A stretch of DNA of 64,000 bases from an uncultured Planctomycetaceae bacterium (GTDB lineage: Bacteria; Planctomycetota; Planctomycetia; Pirellulales; PALSA-1355), in contig CAWAUV010000007.1 of assembly GCA_963785305.1 (NCBI GenBank), positions 288,001-352,000 of the forward strand, in the 5' to 3' direction. Position numbers and translations under genes: made by a program. The notes beneath the pieces were generated by a model, which did no database searches, was not told where the DNA came from, and worked only from the letters and a program-made list of their open reading frames with translations. Shown in pieces: positions 47,912-59,462 of this stretch. How positions within the stretch are numbered: the first letter of the stretch is position 1; each line of letters begins with the position of its first letter.

Positions 47912-48101
47912 CGGCCCGAAGTTTCAAATCGCTTCAAGGCAGCTCGCGGTTAGTCTCTTTTCATTGCTTCGTCGTGTCCGTCGTGGTAAATCTTGCCCCG
48001 CCTTCTTCGTGTCTTTGCCTTTTTCGTGTCTTTTGTGCCTTCGTGGTCGATTATTTTTCCGTGCCGATCACCGCGGCGCCTCGCGCGTGGCGTGGCGGTT
48101 T

Positions 48102-48302
48102 TCAGGGTTTTGGGGTGCGCCCATCGCGGTCCGTGCGGCGGCGGGAGTGGAGCAGGAGCAGCCAAGCGGCGGCGAAGGCGCTCGTGGCCGCGAGCACGAA
48201 CAGCGCCTTCCACGGATTGGCGCCGTACCAGCACACGCCCGCCGCCAAAATCAGGCCCCAGGCAACCAAGCCGGCAAGCAGCAGTCTCGGCAAGCCGCTC
48301 AT
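48102..48302 (-). CDS. Small two-TM hypothetical membrane protein
   Basis: MSGLPRLLLAGLVAWGLILAAGVCWYG...KALFVLAATSAFAAAWLLLL. Confidence 0.55.
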   Translation of the reverse strand: MSGLPRLLLAGLVAWGLILAAGVCWYGANPWKALFVLAATSAFAAAWLLLLHSRRRTDRDGRTPKP

Positions 48303-48405
48303 AAAACAGTCACCGCGCAAACCTCGGGCGCAAGCCTCATCGGACAAGCTGCAACGGGAAGCCGCGACGACAAACCCTCATTGGGTAAGTCTCGCCCGGC
48401 AAAGC

Positions 48406-49215
48406 TCATCGTGTGAGCGCCACCGGCGCTTCGGCATGCAGCTCTTGGGCAAACTGCAAATAGTCGGCCGCGCCATGCGAATCGGGCGCGTAGCTGAAAA
48501 TCGACTGACCAAAGCTCGGCGCCTCGGCCAACCGGATATTGCGCCGAATGCGGGTCTGAAACATCCGCGCGTCGGCCCAAGGCGTGTTCGGCTGTTTGAC
48601 CGAGCCGAAGAATGCGTCGACATCGTGCGTCACCTCGGCCGCCAATCGCGTGCCCGACTCGTACATGCAATACACAATGCCGGTCAGCCGCAGTTGCCCA
48701 TTGAGCCGCCGGGCCACGAGATCGATCGTTTGCAACAGCTTGCTCAAACCGTGGAGCGCCAAGAAGTGCGGCTGGAGCGGAAGCAGAATCTCTTTCACCG
48801 CCGAGAGCGCATTGAGCGTGAGCACTCCCAGCGACGGCGGGCAGTCGATCAGCACATAGTCGAACGTGTCGTCGGGCAATTCGGCCAGCTTGTCGCGCAA
48901 AATCACTTCGCGGCCCACGACGCCCGCCAACTCGACCTCGGCCGCCGCTAGATCGATATGCGAACCCACGACGCACAGGTTCGCGTCGACCGATTGCCAC
49001 GTGTCGGCGAGCGCGGCGTCGCCCGTGAGCACCTCGTACATGCTTTTCGTGTCGCCGCCGGGGGCGAGGCCGAAGTGCAGTGTGGCATGGGCCTGGGGAT
49101 CGAGGTCCACAAGGCACACCCGCTGACCGGCGGCGGCCAAGGCGGCGCTCAAGTTGACCGCGGTGGTCGTCTTGCCGACGCCCCCTTTTTGATTGATGAT
49201 GGCAATCGTGCGCAT
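48406..49215 (-). CDS. ParA/Soj-family ATPase (no adjacent parB)
   Basis: Deviant Walker A NQKGGVGKTT, DLDPQAHAT, IDCPPSLG and IRRNIRLAEAPSFG. Confidence 0.92.
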   Translation of the reverse strand: MRTIAIINQKGGVGKTTTAVNLSAALAAAGQRVCLVDLDPQAHATLHFGLAPGGDTKSMYEVLTGDAALADTWQSVDANLCVVGSHIDLAAAEVELAGVVGREVILRDKLAELPDDTFDYVLIDCPPSLGVLTLNALSAVKEILLPLQPHFLALHGLSKLLQTIDLVARRLNGQLRLTGIVYCMYESGTRLAAEVTHDVDAFFGSVKQPNTPWADARMFQTRIRRNIRLAEAPSFGQSIFSYAPDSHGAADYLQFAQELHAEAPVALTR

Positions 49216-49378
49216 CGGACGGATCTCCATTTCCGTGCAAGAGCCTGGGGATATGGCGGCTGATTATAGCCAGACCCCCGCGATCGGCCCTAGATGAGTT
49301 CTCGCCGCGCGCCAGCATCGTGCAAAAAGGAATTCCAACGCGTCGCGTCCCCATTTCCAAGAAAATTAAAGAAATTTC

Positions 49379-51317
49379 ATGGCCTCCACGTCGAACGACA
49401 ATATATCCCTGGCCGGGCTGCGCGTGGCTGCCTTCGAAAGTCGCCGCGCCGACGACATGGCCCGGCTCATCGAGCGGCAGGGCGGCGTGGCCCTGGTGAG
49501 CCCCTCGATGCGCGAGGAGCCGATCGAAAACCACGCGACCGCCATCGACTTCGCCCATCGGGTGATGACCGGCCAGATCGATATCGTGATCCTGATGACC
49601 GGCGTCGGCGTGCGCTATCTGATGGCTGGCGTCGAGCGGCAGGTCGACCAAGCGCAGCTTTCTCGCGGCCCTTTCCGATGTGGTGACGATCGCCCGCGGG
49701 CCCAAACCCGTGGCCGTGCTTCGGGAACTGGGCCTTCAGCCCACGCACCGTGCTCCGGAGCCCAACACTTGGCGCGAAGTGCTCGCGGTGGTCGACGCGC
49801 ATGTGCCCGTGGCCCAGCAAACGGTCGGCCTCTTGGAATATGGCGCCGCCAGCGCCAGCCTCGTCGCGGGACTCGAAGCCCGCGGGCGCGGGTCGAATCG
49901 CTCGCCGTCTACCGCTGGGATTTGCCCCACGACATCGGGCCGCTCGAACGCAACATCCGCGCGATCGTGGCCCGCGAGGTCGATGTGCTGCTCTTCACCT
50001 CGAGCCATCAGGCCGTGAACCTGCTGCGCGTGGCCGAATCGCTTGCCCTGGGCGACGCGCTGCGCGCCGCGCTCGAGCAAACGGTCGTGGCGTCGATCGG
50101 CCCGACCACGACTGAAACACTCGGCGAACTGGGCCTGCCGGTCGATATCGAACCCGAACACGGCAAGATGGGCCATCTCGTGATCGCCGCCGCCGAACAA
50201 GCGCCGCGCTTGCTGGCCGACAAGCGGCGCGAGCAACGTGTGTGGATCGGTCAAAAACCGCCGGAGAAAATCGCCGCGCACGCCGGACCGTGGAGCGAGG
50301 GCCTTTTCTTGCGCACCTGCCGCCGCGAGCCGGTCGAGCGCACTCCGGTCTGGCTGATGCGCCAAGCCGGCCGCTACCTGCCCGAGTATCGCGCGATTCG
50401 CTCCAAGACCACGTTTCTCGAGCTGTGCAAGAATCCCGCGCTCTGTGCCCAGGTGATGCTCGAAACCGTCGCGCGTTTAAATGTCGACGCCGCGATCATC
50501 TTCTCCGACCTGTTGCCGATTCTCGAACCGATGGGCTTCGATCTCGAATTCGCCAAGGGCGAAGGCCCGGTGATTCACAACCCGGTGCGGGAGTTGAAAG
50601 ACATCGACCGGGTGCGGGAACTCGAATCGCTCGAGCGGCTCGAGTTCGTGTTCGAGACTGTGCGGCTGACTCGCGCTGGGCTGCCGGACCATCTGCCGGT
50701 GATCGGCTTCGCCGGAGCCGCCGTTTACGTTGGCCAGCTATGCGATCGAGGGCGCGGGCAGCCGCAACTATGCCCACACCAAGGCGCTCATGTACCGCGA
50801 CCCCGCGGCGTGGGAACGCGCTGGCCGGGCGCTGGCCCGCGCGGTGGCGCGGTATCTCAACGCGCAGATCGCGGCCGGCGCCCAGGCAGTGCAACTATTC
50901 GATAGCTGGGTCGGATGTTTGGGCGTTGAAGATTACCGCCGCTATGTGTTGCCATATACCAAGGCCGTGATCGCGGCCATCGACCCGACGACGCCCGTGA
51001 TTCACTTCGCGGCGGGCAATCCCGCGCTCTTGCCGCTGGCGGCCTCGGCTGGCGCGGCGGTGGTGGGCGTCGACTGGCGGATCGAGCTCGCCGAGGCCTG
51101 GCGCCTGATTGGCCATGACCACGCGGTGCAAGGCAACCTCGACCCGAGCGTGCTGCTCTCGGAACCGGCCCTGGTGCGACGGCGGACGAAAGAGATTTTG
51201 CGCTCGGTCGCCGGACGCCCCGGCCACATTTTCAATCTCGGCCACGGCGTGTTGCCGGAAACCCCGGTCGAAAACGTGCTCGCGCTGCTGGAAACCGTCC
51301 GCGAACACGAGGGCTAG
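49379..51317 (+). CDS. hemE: HemD-like (uroporphyrinogen-III synthase) / HemE (uroporphyrinogen decarboxylase) fusion; frameshifts near 49665, 49890 and 50720
   Basis: HemD-like ARGPKP, LLFTSS and VASIGPTT run in one frame into HemE PVWLMRQAGRYLPEY, AAIIFSD and IGFAG, then QLFDSW, QGNLDP and HIFNLGHG. Confidence 0.85.
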
Positions 51318-51440
51318 GAGCGCGGCCGCGCGATTCGCCCGGCCCGCGTTGCAATCTGGCCCGCGCTCGGGCAAGATAGCAGGCGCCTTGCAAGCAAACC
51401 GCGCTCTTTGTTTCGCCGCTTTCTTGGAGTGTTCCAGCCT

Positions 51441-52308
51441 GTGTGTGCTTCGCCGATTCAGGAAATCTTGGCGGTGTTCGGTCAGCCGGTGGCCGGGAAT
51501 CCCAACCAGTATGTGATGGAGAAAGCGTTTGCCCGCGCCGGGCTCGACTACCGTTTTCTCACCCTGGAAGTCGCCGCCGACGCGCTCGCCGATGCCACGC
51601 GCGGCGCCCGCGCGATGGGTTTTCGCGGCTTCGACTGCGCCGCGCCGCATCAAGAAACCGTGATTCCGCTGGTCGATCGGCTCAGCGACGCAGCCCGGCT
51701 CAGCGGGGTGGTGAATTGCGTGTGGCGCGAAGACGACTCGCTCGTCGGCGAAAATACGCATGGCGCAGGCTTCCTCCGCGCCCTGGCCGCGCTCGTCGAC
51801 ATCGCCGGCCGGCGCGTCGCGATCCTCGGCGCCGGCAAGATGGCTCGCTCACTGGGTGTGCGATTGCGCTGGCCGGAGTGACCGAAATTCAGGTCGTCAA
51901 TCGCAATGCCGAGCGCGGCGAAGCGTTGGCCGCGCTCTGCGCGACCGGGCCGGAATCGTGGCGGCGCATGTCGCCTGGAGCGAGCCGTATGCGGCCCCGG
52001 CGGAAATCGATCTGCTCATTAACGCCACCTCGCTCGGCGCGGGCGCCACTTCGCTCGGCGCGGGCAACAATCGCAAACGGCTGCCGGTCGTGCTCGACGC
52101 GCTCGCGCCCGAGGCGGTGGTGGCCGATGTGATCGTGAATCCGCCCACGACGCGACTGCTGGCCGACGCCGCCGCCCGCGGCCATCGCACTCTCGACGGC
52201 CTCTCGCTGCTCGCGCATCAAACCGCCGAAAGCTTCCGCATCTGGACCGGCGCCGAGCCCGACATGGACCTGATCCGCGAAGGCATGGAAGAGTTCTTGG
52301 GCATTTGA
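51441..52308 (+). CDS. aroE: Shikimate dehydrogenase, frameshifts near 51860 and 51935
   Basis: FGQPVAGNP, GVVNC...GENT, ILGAGK, VVNRN, LLINAT, VADVIVNPPTT and DGLSLLAHQ...FRIWTG. Start approximate. Confidence 0.85.
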
Positions 52309-52310
52309 GC
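52195..52310 (+). repeat. Left copy of 116-bp direct repeat (3' end of aroE including stop)
   Basis: Matches 59586-59701 with one mismatch (GAG vs GAA). Confidence 0.95.
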
Positions 52311-52395
52311 GGAGGGAGCGGTTACGCTAGGATGGATTTGTAGAGGGATCCGAGCCAGTTGCGGGTTGGTCGCAGGCAGGGATCGGTTACAGTCA

Positions 52396-54802
52396 GCTGT
52401 GGCTTGCTGGGAATCGCCGCTCGGATACACTTCGTCGATGCGTTCTCCGCCGCGGCTGATCGCTGTGGCTTGCTGGGAATCGCCGCTCGGATACACTTTG
52501 GTCGACCGAGACACCCGCTCGATCGTGGCTGTGGCTTGCTGGGAATCGCCGCTCGGATACACTTCCAGCCCCGACTCCGACACGATCGAGATTGCTGTGG
52601 CTTGCTGGGAATCGCCGCTCGGATACACTCTGGAATCAGTGGATATCGTCACGGCGGGGGCTGTGGCTTGCTGGGAATCGCCGCTCGGATACACTACAAG
52701 TGTGCCGTTAATCGTGGATTTTATGGCTGTGGCTTGCTGGGAATCGCCGCTCGGATACACTACTCGCAACACGGGAAAGTGCAACCGACAAGCTGTGGCT
52801 TGCTGGGAATCGCCGCTCGGATACACTGAGCGGTCCTATTGCTGATCGACGGTTTCCGCTGTGGCTTGCTGGGAATCGCCGCTCGGATACACTAACTGGC
52901 GCCGAGGCCCAACGCCTGGCGTTGCTGTGGCTTGCTGGGAATCGCCGCTCGGATACACTGTCGGCCAAGAAATCAGCGGTCATGGTCTAGCTGTGGCTTG
53001 CTGGGAATCGCCGCTCGGATACACTAGACCGCGGTTCCGCGATCGGCCGGGTTGGCTGTGGCTTGCTGGGAATCGCCGCTCGGATACACTTGGCTTGTCG
53101 CGGCGCAGCTACGGCAACACGCTGTGGCTTGCTGGGAATCGCCGCTCGGATACACTCAGGCGGTCTTGGAGTTGGGAGTCTTTTTGGCTGTGGCTTGCTG
53201 GGAATCGCCGCTCGGATACACTGCCCGCGCCGACGCCCACGCCGACGCCCGCGCTGTGGCTTGCTGGGAATCGCCGCTCGGATACACTCGTGGCGATGAA
53301 TACTTGCCGTTGGCGCTGCTGTGGCTTGCTGGGAATCGCCGCTCGGATACACTCCGCCGCCAGCTCCTCCGGCGTGAAGTCGTGCTGTGGCTTGCTGGGA
53401 ATCGCCGCTCGGATACACTGTTGTCGATGCGATGCGAGACAACGGATTCGCTGTGGCTTGCTGGGAATCGCCGCTCGGATACACTGGCGCGACAATCCGC
53501 GGCAAGGGCATCGAGGCTGTGGCTTGCTGGGAATCGCCGCTCGGATACAAGGCAACGTGACCTACTATCGAAATGGCGCAGCTGTGGCTTGCTGGGAATC
53601 GCCGCTCGGATACACTTTCGCGCGCAGCGACAGCCGCGCCGCCAACGCTGTGGCTTGCTGGGAATCGCCGCTCGGATACACTGTCCTCGGGCCTGTGCGA
53701 GCCGAGGAAGTAGCTGTGGCTTGCTGGGAATCGCCGCTCGGATACACTTACTCGTCAGATTTTCCGCATAGCTTTGGCGCTGTGGCTTGCTGGGAATCGC
53801 CGCTCGGATACACTTGGCTGCGCTCGATGCGGCGGCCAGCGAAGGCTGTGGCTTGCTGGGAATCGCCGCTCGGATACACTCTCGGCAAGCTGGTCAGCGA
53901 ACAGGCCCATGCTGTGGCTTGCTGGGAATCGCCGCTCGGATACACTGCCGCCCCAAATATAACCGAACCAAAGCTTGCTGTGGCTTGCTGGGAATCGCCG
54001 CTCGGATACACTCGGGACTCCACTTTTCCAACATGCTCGCGGCTGTGGCTTGCTGGGAATCGCCGCTCGGATACACTGACGGCGGCCTTGGCGGCGGGGC
54101 GAGCCAGCTGTGGCTTGCTGGGAATCGCCGCTCGGATACACTGGCGAACCACTCCAGATGGTGCGACGAGATGCTGTGGCTTGCTGGGAATCGCCGCTCG
54201 GATACACTGAGGGCCGCGAGTTCGAGACACGTTTCCTCGCTGTGGCTTGCTGGGAATCGCCGCTCGGATACACTCGGGCGTGCCGTACTTGCCACAAGCT
54301 CGCGGCTGTGGCTTGCTGGGAATCGCCGCTCGGATACACTGCTTGTGTGCTGGTCCCGTCATCCCGATGAGCTGTGGCTTGCTGGGAATCGCCGCTCGGA
54401 TACACTTAACCGCATCGCTCACCCGATGAATCCACGGCTGTGGCTTGCTGGGAATCGCCGCTCGGATACACTGCTCGCGAGTGCGCATGCGACTGGCGGC
54501 AGGCTGTGGCTTGCTGGGAATCGCCGCTCGGATACACTACGCTCAACCGAGTTAGCGGCGCGAAGCACGCTGTGGCTTGCTGGGAATCGCCGCTCGGATA
54601 CACTGCAAAGCCGCAATCACCTGTTGATAGACCAGCTGTGGCTTGCTGGGAATCGCCGCTCGGATACACTAAGAATCTCCAGCGCGACATCAAGTTTTGC
54701 GCTGTGGCTTGCTGGGAATCGCCGCTCGGATACACTTGGCTGCGCTCGATGCGCCGGCCAGCGAAGGCTGTGGCTTGCTGGGAATCGCCGCTCGGATACA
54801 CT
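52396..54802 (+). CRISPR. Type II-C CRISPR array: 37 repeats of 36 bp (GCTGTGGCTTGCTGGGAATCGCCGCTCGGATACACT), 36 spacers of about 29-30 bp
   Basis: Repeats counted manually at 65-66-bp period from 52396 to 54767; repeat 18 has a variant 3' end. Orientation (+) inferred from complementarity to the tracrRNA. Confidence 0.98.
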
Positions 54803-54803
54803 G

Positions 54804-54832
54804 CCTTCTTCGCAAGATTAAGCGAAGGAAGG
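54804..54832. terminator. Hairpin between the array and the cas2 stop (possible terminator or leader element)
   Basis: CCTTCTTCGC-AAGATTAA-GCGAAGGAAGG imperfect inverted repeat between convergent units. Confidence 0.45.
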
Positions 54833-54853
54833 AATTGCGACGGAATTCCGCCT

Positions 54854-55198
54854 TTAAAACAGCAGCATTTGTTGCAGTGGTTCTTCAATCGGGACTTCTT
54901 TTTTGCCATAAAATGACGCCATTTTCGCGAACTGGCGGTCCGTGACGAGCAGCAGACGAACATGCCCCCGCGCGGGAAGTTCTCTTTCCAGGAGGTTGCG
55001 GCACGGGATACTCGACTCCTCCGACGGATATGGTCGAGCGTACACCGAGAGCTGTAACTGGCCAAACCCGTTCCGCAATAAAGTCGTGCGAAACCGTGCG
55101 TAGCGTTTTCGATCCGCCTTGGTCTTGACGGGCAAATCGAACATGACGATGACCCACATCGTTTTATACTCGGAAACGTTAATCGGTAGAAACGCCAT
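54854..55198 (-). CDS. cas2: CRISPR-associated endoribonuclease Cas2
   Basis: MWVIVMFDLPV...YARFRTTLLRNGFGQLQLSVYAR...GHVRLLLVTDRQF...QMLLF. Confidence 0.95.
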   Translation of the reverse strand: MAFLPINVSEYKTMWVIVMFDLPVKTKADRKRYARFRTTLLRNGFGQLQLSVYARPYPSEESSIPCRNLLERELPARGHVRLLLVTDRQFAKMASFYGKKEVPIEEPLQQMLLF

Positions 55199-56094
55199 CG
55201 CTGATTTCCAATGAGACCGGAAGCCGCAACGGTTTGCGTGTTCCAAGAAAGTTTTCCGCCAAGCTTGACGCCAGCATCTCCGCAGCCTCGAAAAGAGTTC
55301 GATTATCGGCGCCGACCTTCCACCGCTCGTATAGCGCGCCGAGGAGCCGGCGGCGCGCGTCGTGGGATAACGGCTGATCGGCGCCGCGCTCCGCGACCAT
55401 CGCCGCGACGACGAGATCGACTGCGGGCCGAAACGGCTCCATGAGATCGTCAGCGAGACAAAATGCGTTGTAGCGGTTCCGATGATGAATACCTAACGAA
55501 GGATGCATTCCAACGCCGCAGATTGCCCTCGCGACAACGGCGCGCAGCACGGCATAGCCATAATTTAGAAGTTGATTTTGATCCGGGGCGTCGCGGTCTC
55601 GGTGGAAATCCGCGCCGGAAAAATATGCTGCCAGTATCGCCGGGCGGCGTTCGCCTCGACGTTCGTTGGGTCGCCGCTCCTGACGGCTTGAACCAAGGAT
55701 GCCAAGCCGCCGTCATGCCCGTATATTTTCCGTAGCACCAACGCCTGCATACGAATCTTCGCACGGACTACGTCTTTCCAAAGTCGCTTCTTTAGCGGTA
55801 GTGTCGCCTGGATTTGCCGCGCAGCCGCTCGGTTTGCGCGTGGTGCATTTGCAGCGGGAGTTGCATGCCGACTGGCAAACGCCTTGAGTCGCATGCAACG
55901 ATCACGCCGCCCGCGGCCGCGACATCGGCAAGGACGGCGTGCGTGCATGTTATTTCCGGATGGGCGAGGATTATCGCGGCGACCTCGTCCAGCGGCACGC
56001 GAGTCGAGACGCCGCGCGTTGGGTCGACGCGAAGACAGCCTTGATCGATTCGCAAATGCGCGGGCGAGTCGGAAATGTCAACGATCCGGTGCAT
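55179..56094 (-). CDS. cas1: CRISPR-associated integrase Cas1 (type II), frameshifts near 55825 and 55600
   Basis: MHRIVDIS..., KKRLWKDVVRAKI, SGDPTNVEANAARRYW, LRAVVARAICGVGMHPSLGIHH.N.YNAFCLADDLMEPFRP. Confidence 0.93.
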
Positions 56095-56157
56095 TGCTTC
56101 GGCTCACCGTCAAAAGGGCGCATACTTCCGCCTTCCGTGAGCGTCCAGCGATTGTCC

Positions 56158-59100
56158 TTACTTTTCTAAACTGCGCCGGTTCCTCGAAGTTTGCTTCGGG
56201 CCGTTGAACTTTTCAAGACTCCGCAAATCAATGAATTCGCCAGTCGCCGGATCAGATATCAGCCCTGTCGGCGAAACATGCACTTTCCGGAAGCATCTCC
56301 GCGAGAGCGCGTCGGCGCGAATTCGAATCCGTTCTTTCGCTTTTTTGATCTCGTCGTCCGTCCGGCCGTCCGCGTGCGGTCGAACTTCGATGTCGCTTTT
56401 CGAGATGCTCTGTACGCGGCAAACACGCCACTCGCCATCGTTGTTCGGCAAGAGCAGATGGTCGCCGGCAAAAAGTACGAAGCGCTCGCGAGGATCGTTG
56501 CTCGTAGACAGCTGCGTGCGCATGGCTTCAATACGCGTCATAGGATCGTCGGTCCAACCAATTTCGTTTCCCGCCGCGTCGAGCACCGCGAGAATTCGCG
56601 AGCAGAAATTCGAGCCCGGGGCCGCAGTGACGAATCGAGTGTGGTCGCCCCCGCGCGCCGCGAACGGTTTTCCCTTTATCCGGATTCGGACGGAATGAAT
56701 TGGCGTCGTCGATCCGTCGTGATTATTAAGATGTGGATGATTTTCTGGAGACGCGAAGACGTCTTTCGGCGTCTTCGTTGCCCCGTGGAGCGACTTGAGT
56801 TCCTCGAACTTCGCTTGGACTATCCGGCGGATGGCTTGACAGACAATCGCATCACTAGTGATCTCGTTCGCAGAGAGTTTCGATAAGCACTTGCGGATTT
56901 TTGAATTGCGCTCGCCAGCAGCCGGTGGCGCGTAGTTGGAACCCGCGTGAAGCGTTCCGTTTAATCGCCGGTCGTGCCGGTTCGACACGATAATGGAAAG
57001 CACAGCGCGGCGAGCGTCGTCCAATAGCTCGGCCCATGGCGGATCGATCGGCGGAAAGCTTCGATGATTGCCTTGTCGCCAACCCTCGGATGCCGCGGTT
57101 TGCAGCGCCGCCACAGTGGCCGTATCGGTGCATGCGATCACGATTGCATCGATGGCGTGTTGTCGGTGATCGGCGCGGTTCTTTTCGTCGATCAAGCTCA
57201 AGATTTGATTCAAGCGCCAATGCCCGCGCAGTATTGCGGTCAGCCCTCCCGTCAACGTTCTGATGCGCTGCCTGCCGCTGGCGTCGACACGTCCGCCGAA
57301 GAGTAATCCCAGATAATCGGCGGCGGCGGCGCTTGCATACCGTGTTTCGTTGAGTTGCCGCGACGAAAAATCTCTCGGCACCTCACGCGCCATGAAGCGC
57401 GCTAGTTTCACGGAGGCCAATCGGCCTTTGAATTTTTTGACGCGGTCGAGAATCTCCTGGTAGCGCTCTGGGTTATCGGAATACGCCATTGCCGGCAGTT
57501 GGTCGCGTTTTACGTGCCGATTTTCTTCGTGCAGGCAGATCGTTTTGTTCGCAAACGAGTCGTCGAGATAACGCCGTGGATAAATGTGCTCGATGTCGAA
57601 TCGGCTGTTATCGCCGATAAGGTCACGGACATTCGTGACTTTTTCGCCAGTATAAGGGCATGTAAAATTGCATTCCTCGGCCAAGAGCACGATTTCGACG
57701 CCGCGATCGTACCCGCGCTTTTCGGGGTACCCCGTGAACTCTTCCCGTATCTTAGATAGCGCGCGACGGCGATCCGCTGCGCGTTGTTTGCCGAAATCAT
57801 CCGCTTTCTTCCGTTCTTTTTTCGACTTCTTCAGTTCACGCGCGAGTTCGACGCGAACCTTGTGCGGTTTCCCGAATCGACGAATCAGCTCGTTGAGAAC
57901 CTTGCGGACTTCGGTCAATGCGCGTTTGACAGAGGGGCTCGTGATTTGCGGTAAGCTCTCGACGACGGCTGGAAGGCGCTCGAATGCCTCGCCAGAAGCA
58001 TGCGCGTCCGGATATGCCAAAAGTTTCGCCTCAGGGTATGTTGGCCATCGGCCCGTTTCCGTGCGTTTTTTCGATAGGTGCTCCCGTAATTTCTCGAGCG
58101 CGGTTTTTGAGTGCCGCGCGTATCCTTGTTCGAACGTCAGTTCGGCGAGCGCGATACCTTGCTCGGCGGAGCATCCCCAATATTCCCGCGCCCTCCGAAT
58201 CAGCGCATCGCGCTTATTGAAGCTGTGGACTTCGTAGAAGAGGCGCTCACCGTCGGCCGAAGAGAGCGCGTCCCACCGATCTCCCAAAATTCCACGGAGC
58301 GCGCTTGTGGTTCCCGTTCCGCAGGCGTGGTCGTCGTCGTCGCCCTGAAAATTTAGCGACGCGCCCCGTGGGAGTTCGATTGCCGTTCGGAAGTCCTTGA
58401 GCGTCATTCGGCCGCAATCGCTCAACGCGCGTATCGCTTTGCTCCGCTCGCTTTCGTCCAAAGGGCGGTCCACGTGCCCACGCCGACGCACAATCACATT
58501 ATTCACGAACTGCAACATGCGGACTTCCTGCGCGAGCGGGTGCGCCGCCGCGAGGCGTCGTTTCTTCCGCTCCAGGCTACACTTTCCAACCAACCCTTTC
58601 GCGCTTTTCAACGGCCGTTGAAAGAAAATCGCACGCCGCAGGCGTTTACAAACCGCTTCTGTTAGCTCCGGGTGGAATACGGACTGGGTTTCAACAATTC
58701 TGTCGAATTCCGCCAGAAACATTTCTCTACCCGTCCACCGCTTCCGAATCCGCTTCTCAAAAGGGTTGAGCGAGGCGAGATATTCGCCAAGTGTCATGTT
58801 CGCGGCAGTTAGATCATTGGAAAGCGATCGAATCGCCGGCTTCACCTCCCCGGTTTCCTCATCGTCCTTCGGCGCACCCCGCAAATTGCTGTTGAACCCC
58901 CGACGTTTCGCGAGGTGAAGGAGAGCTCTCCCAAGCGCGAATCGCTCAACTCGCTCGCGGACGGCCGCGGCGCGAACACGGTATACAAGTAGCTGCGCGG
59001 AAACATGGTCGTCCGTTGGGCAGTACGTCTTCGCCAACTCTAGATCGAGTTTTGCAATGAATGGCGAGAGATCGCCACGCCGTTCGACGCGGTCGGATGG

Positions 59101-59394
59101 CAAGAGATTCGCCTCCTGCAAGATTTCAAAAACACGCCGCCGGCGGACCGCCCGGCGTCGAATCTGCCGCCGCGCAAGCCGCGCGAGTCAACGCGCCTCG
59201 GCCCTCGACTTCTCATTACCGCGTTCAAAGTCCCTTGACGTGCCATCCATGCCCGCGGCAAAGCGGCGAACGCCGCACGCGATTATTCCGCACGGGCGGT
59301 TATCTTTGAGGCGCACACATGCCCATCCGACGGACGTTGAACCAATATCGAGCCCGAGGACATATCGTTCATTGATTTTCTCATCGCTTTTCAT
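56158..59394 (-). CDS. cas9: Type II-C Cas9 (~1080 aa when joined), frameshift near 59190 in the bridge helix
   Basis: RuvC-I LGLDIGSTSVGW, Arg-rich bridge helix, IFFQRPL, RuvC-II VRVELAREL, HNH DIEHIYP...DDSFANK...N and RuvC-III HRQHAIDA. No csn2 or cas4. Confidence 0.96.
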
Positions 59395-59427
59395 GACCGA
59401 ATCCCGATTTTTCCGTGAAAAGAACGG

Positions 59428-59456
59428 TTGCATGCCGCGACGCGGTTCGATAAATT
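59428..59456 (+). promoter_or_regulatory. Putative sigma70 promoter of tracrRNA
   Basis: TTGCAT-N17-TAAATT, ending 6 nt before the anti-repeat. Confidence 0.6.
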
Positions 59457-59462
59457 CTTTGT

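Noticed and set aside
44751..48951. Long antisense or alternative-frame ORFs (e.g. 44751-46730, 46685-47797, 47677-48951; likewise 29802-31124 and 23932-25428)
   Set aside because: Shadow ORFs opposite well-supported genes, expected with high-GC codon bias; no recognisable motifs.
48406..49215. ParA as evidence of a plasmid or prophage
   Set aside because: No parB, rep or phage genes nearby; it is embedded among housekeeping genes.
52432..54766. Self-targeting spacers within the window
   Set aside because: By eye I found no spacer match elsewhere in the window. The low-complexity spacer 13 (GCCCGCGCCGACGCCCACG...) only loosely resembles GC-rich coding DNA. A BLASTN is needed to exclude matches properly.
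52218..55065. Long repetitive ORFs (AVACWESPLGYT, VYPSGDSQQATA, etc.) on both strands
   Set aside because: These are translations of the 66-bp-period CRISPR array, whose repeat lacks stop codons; not proteins.
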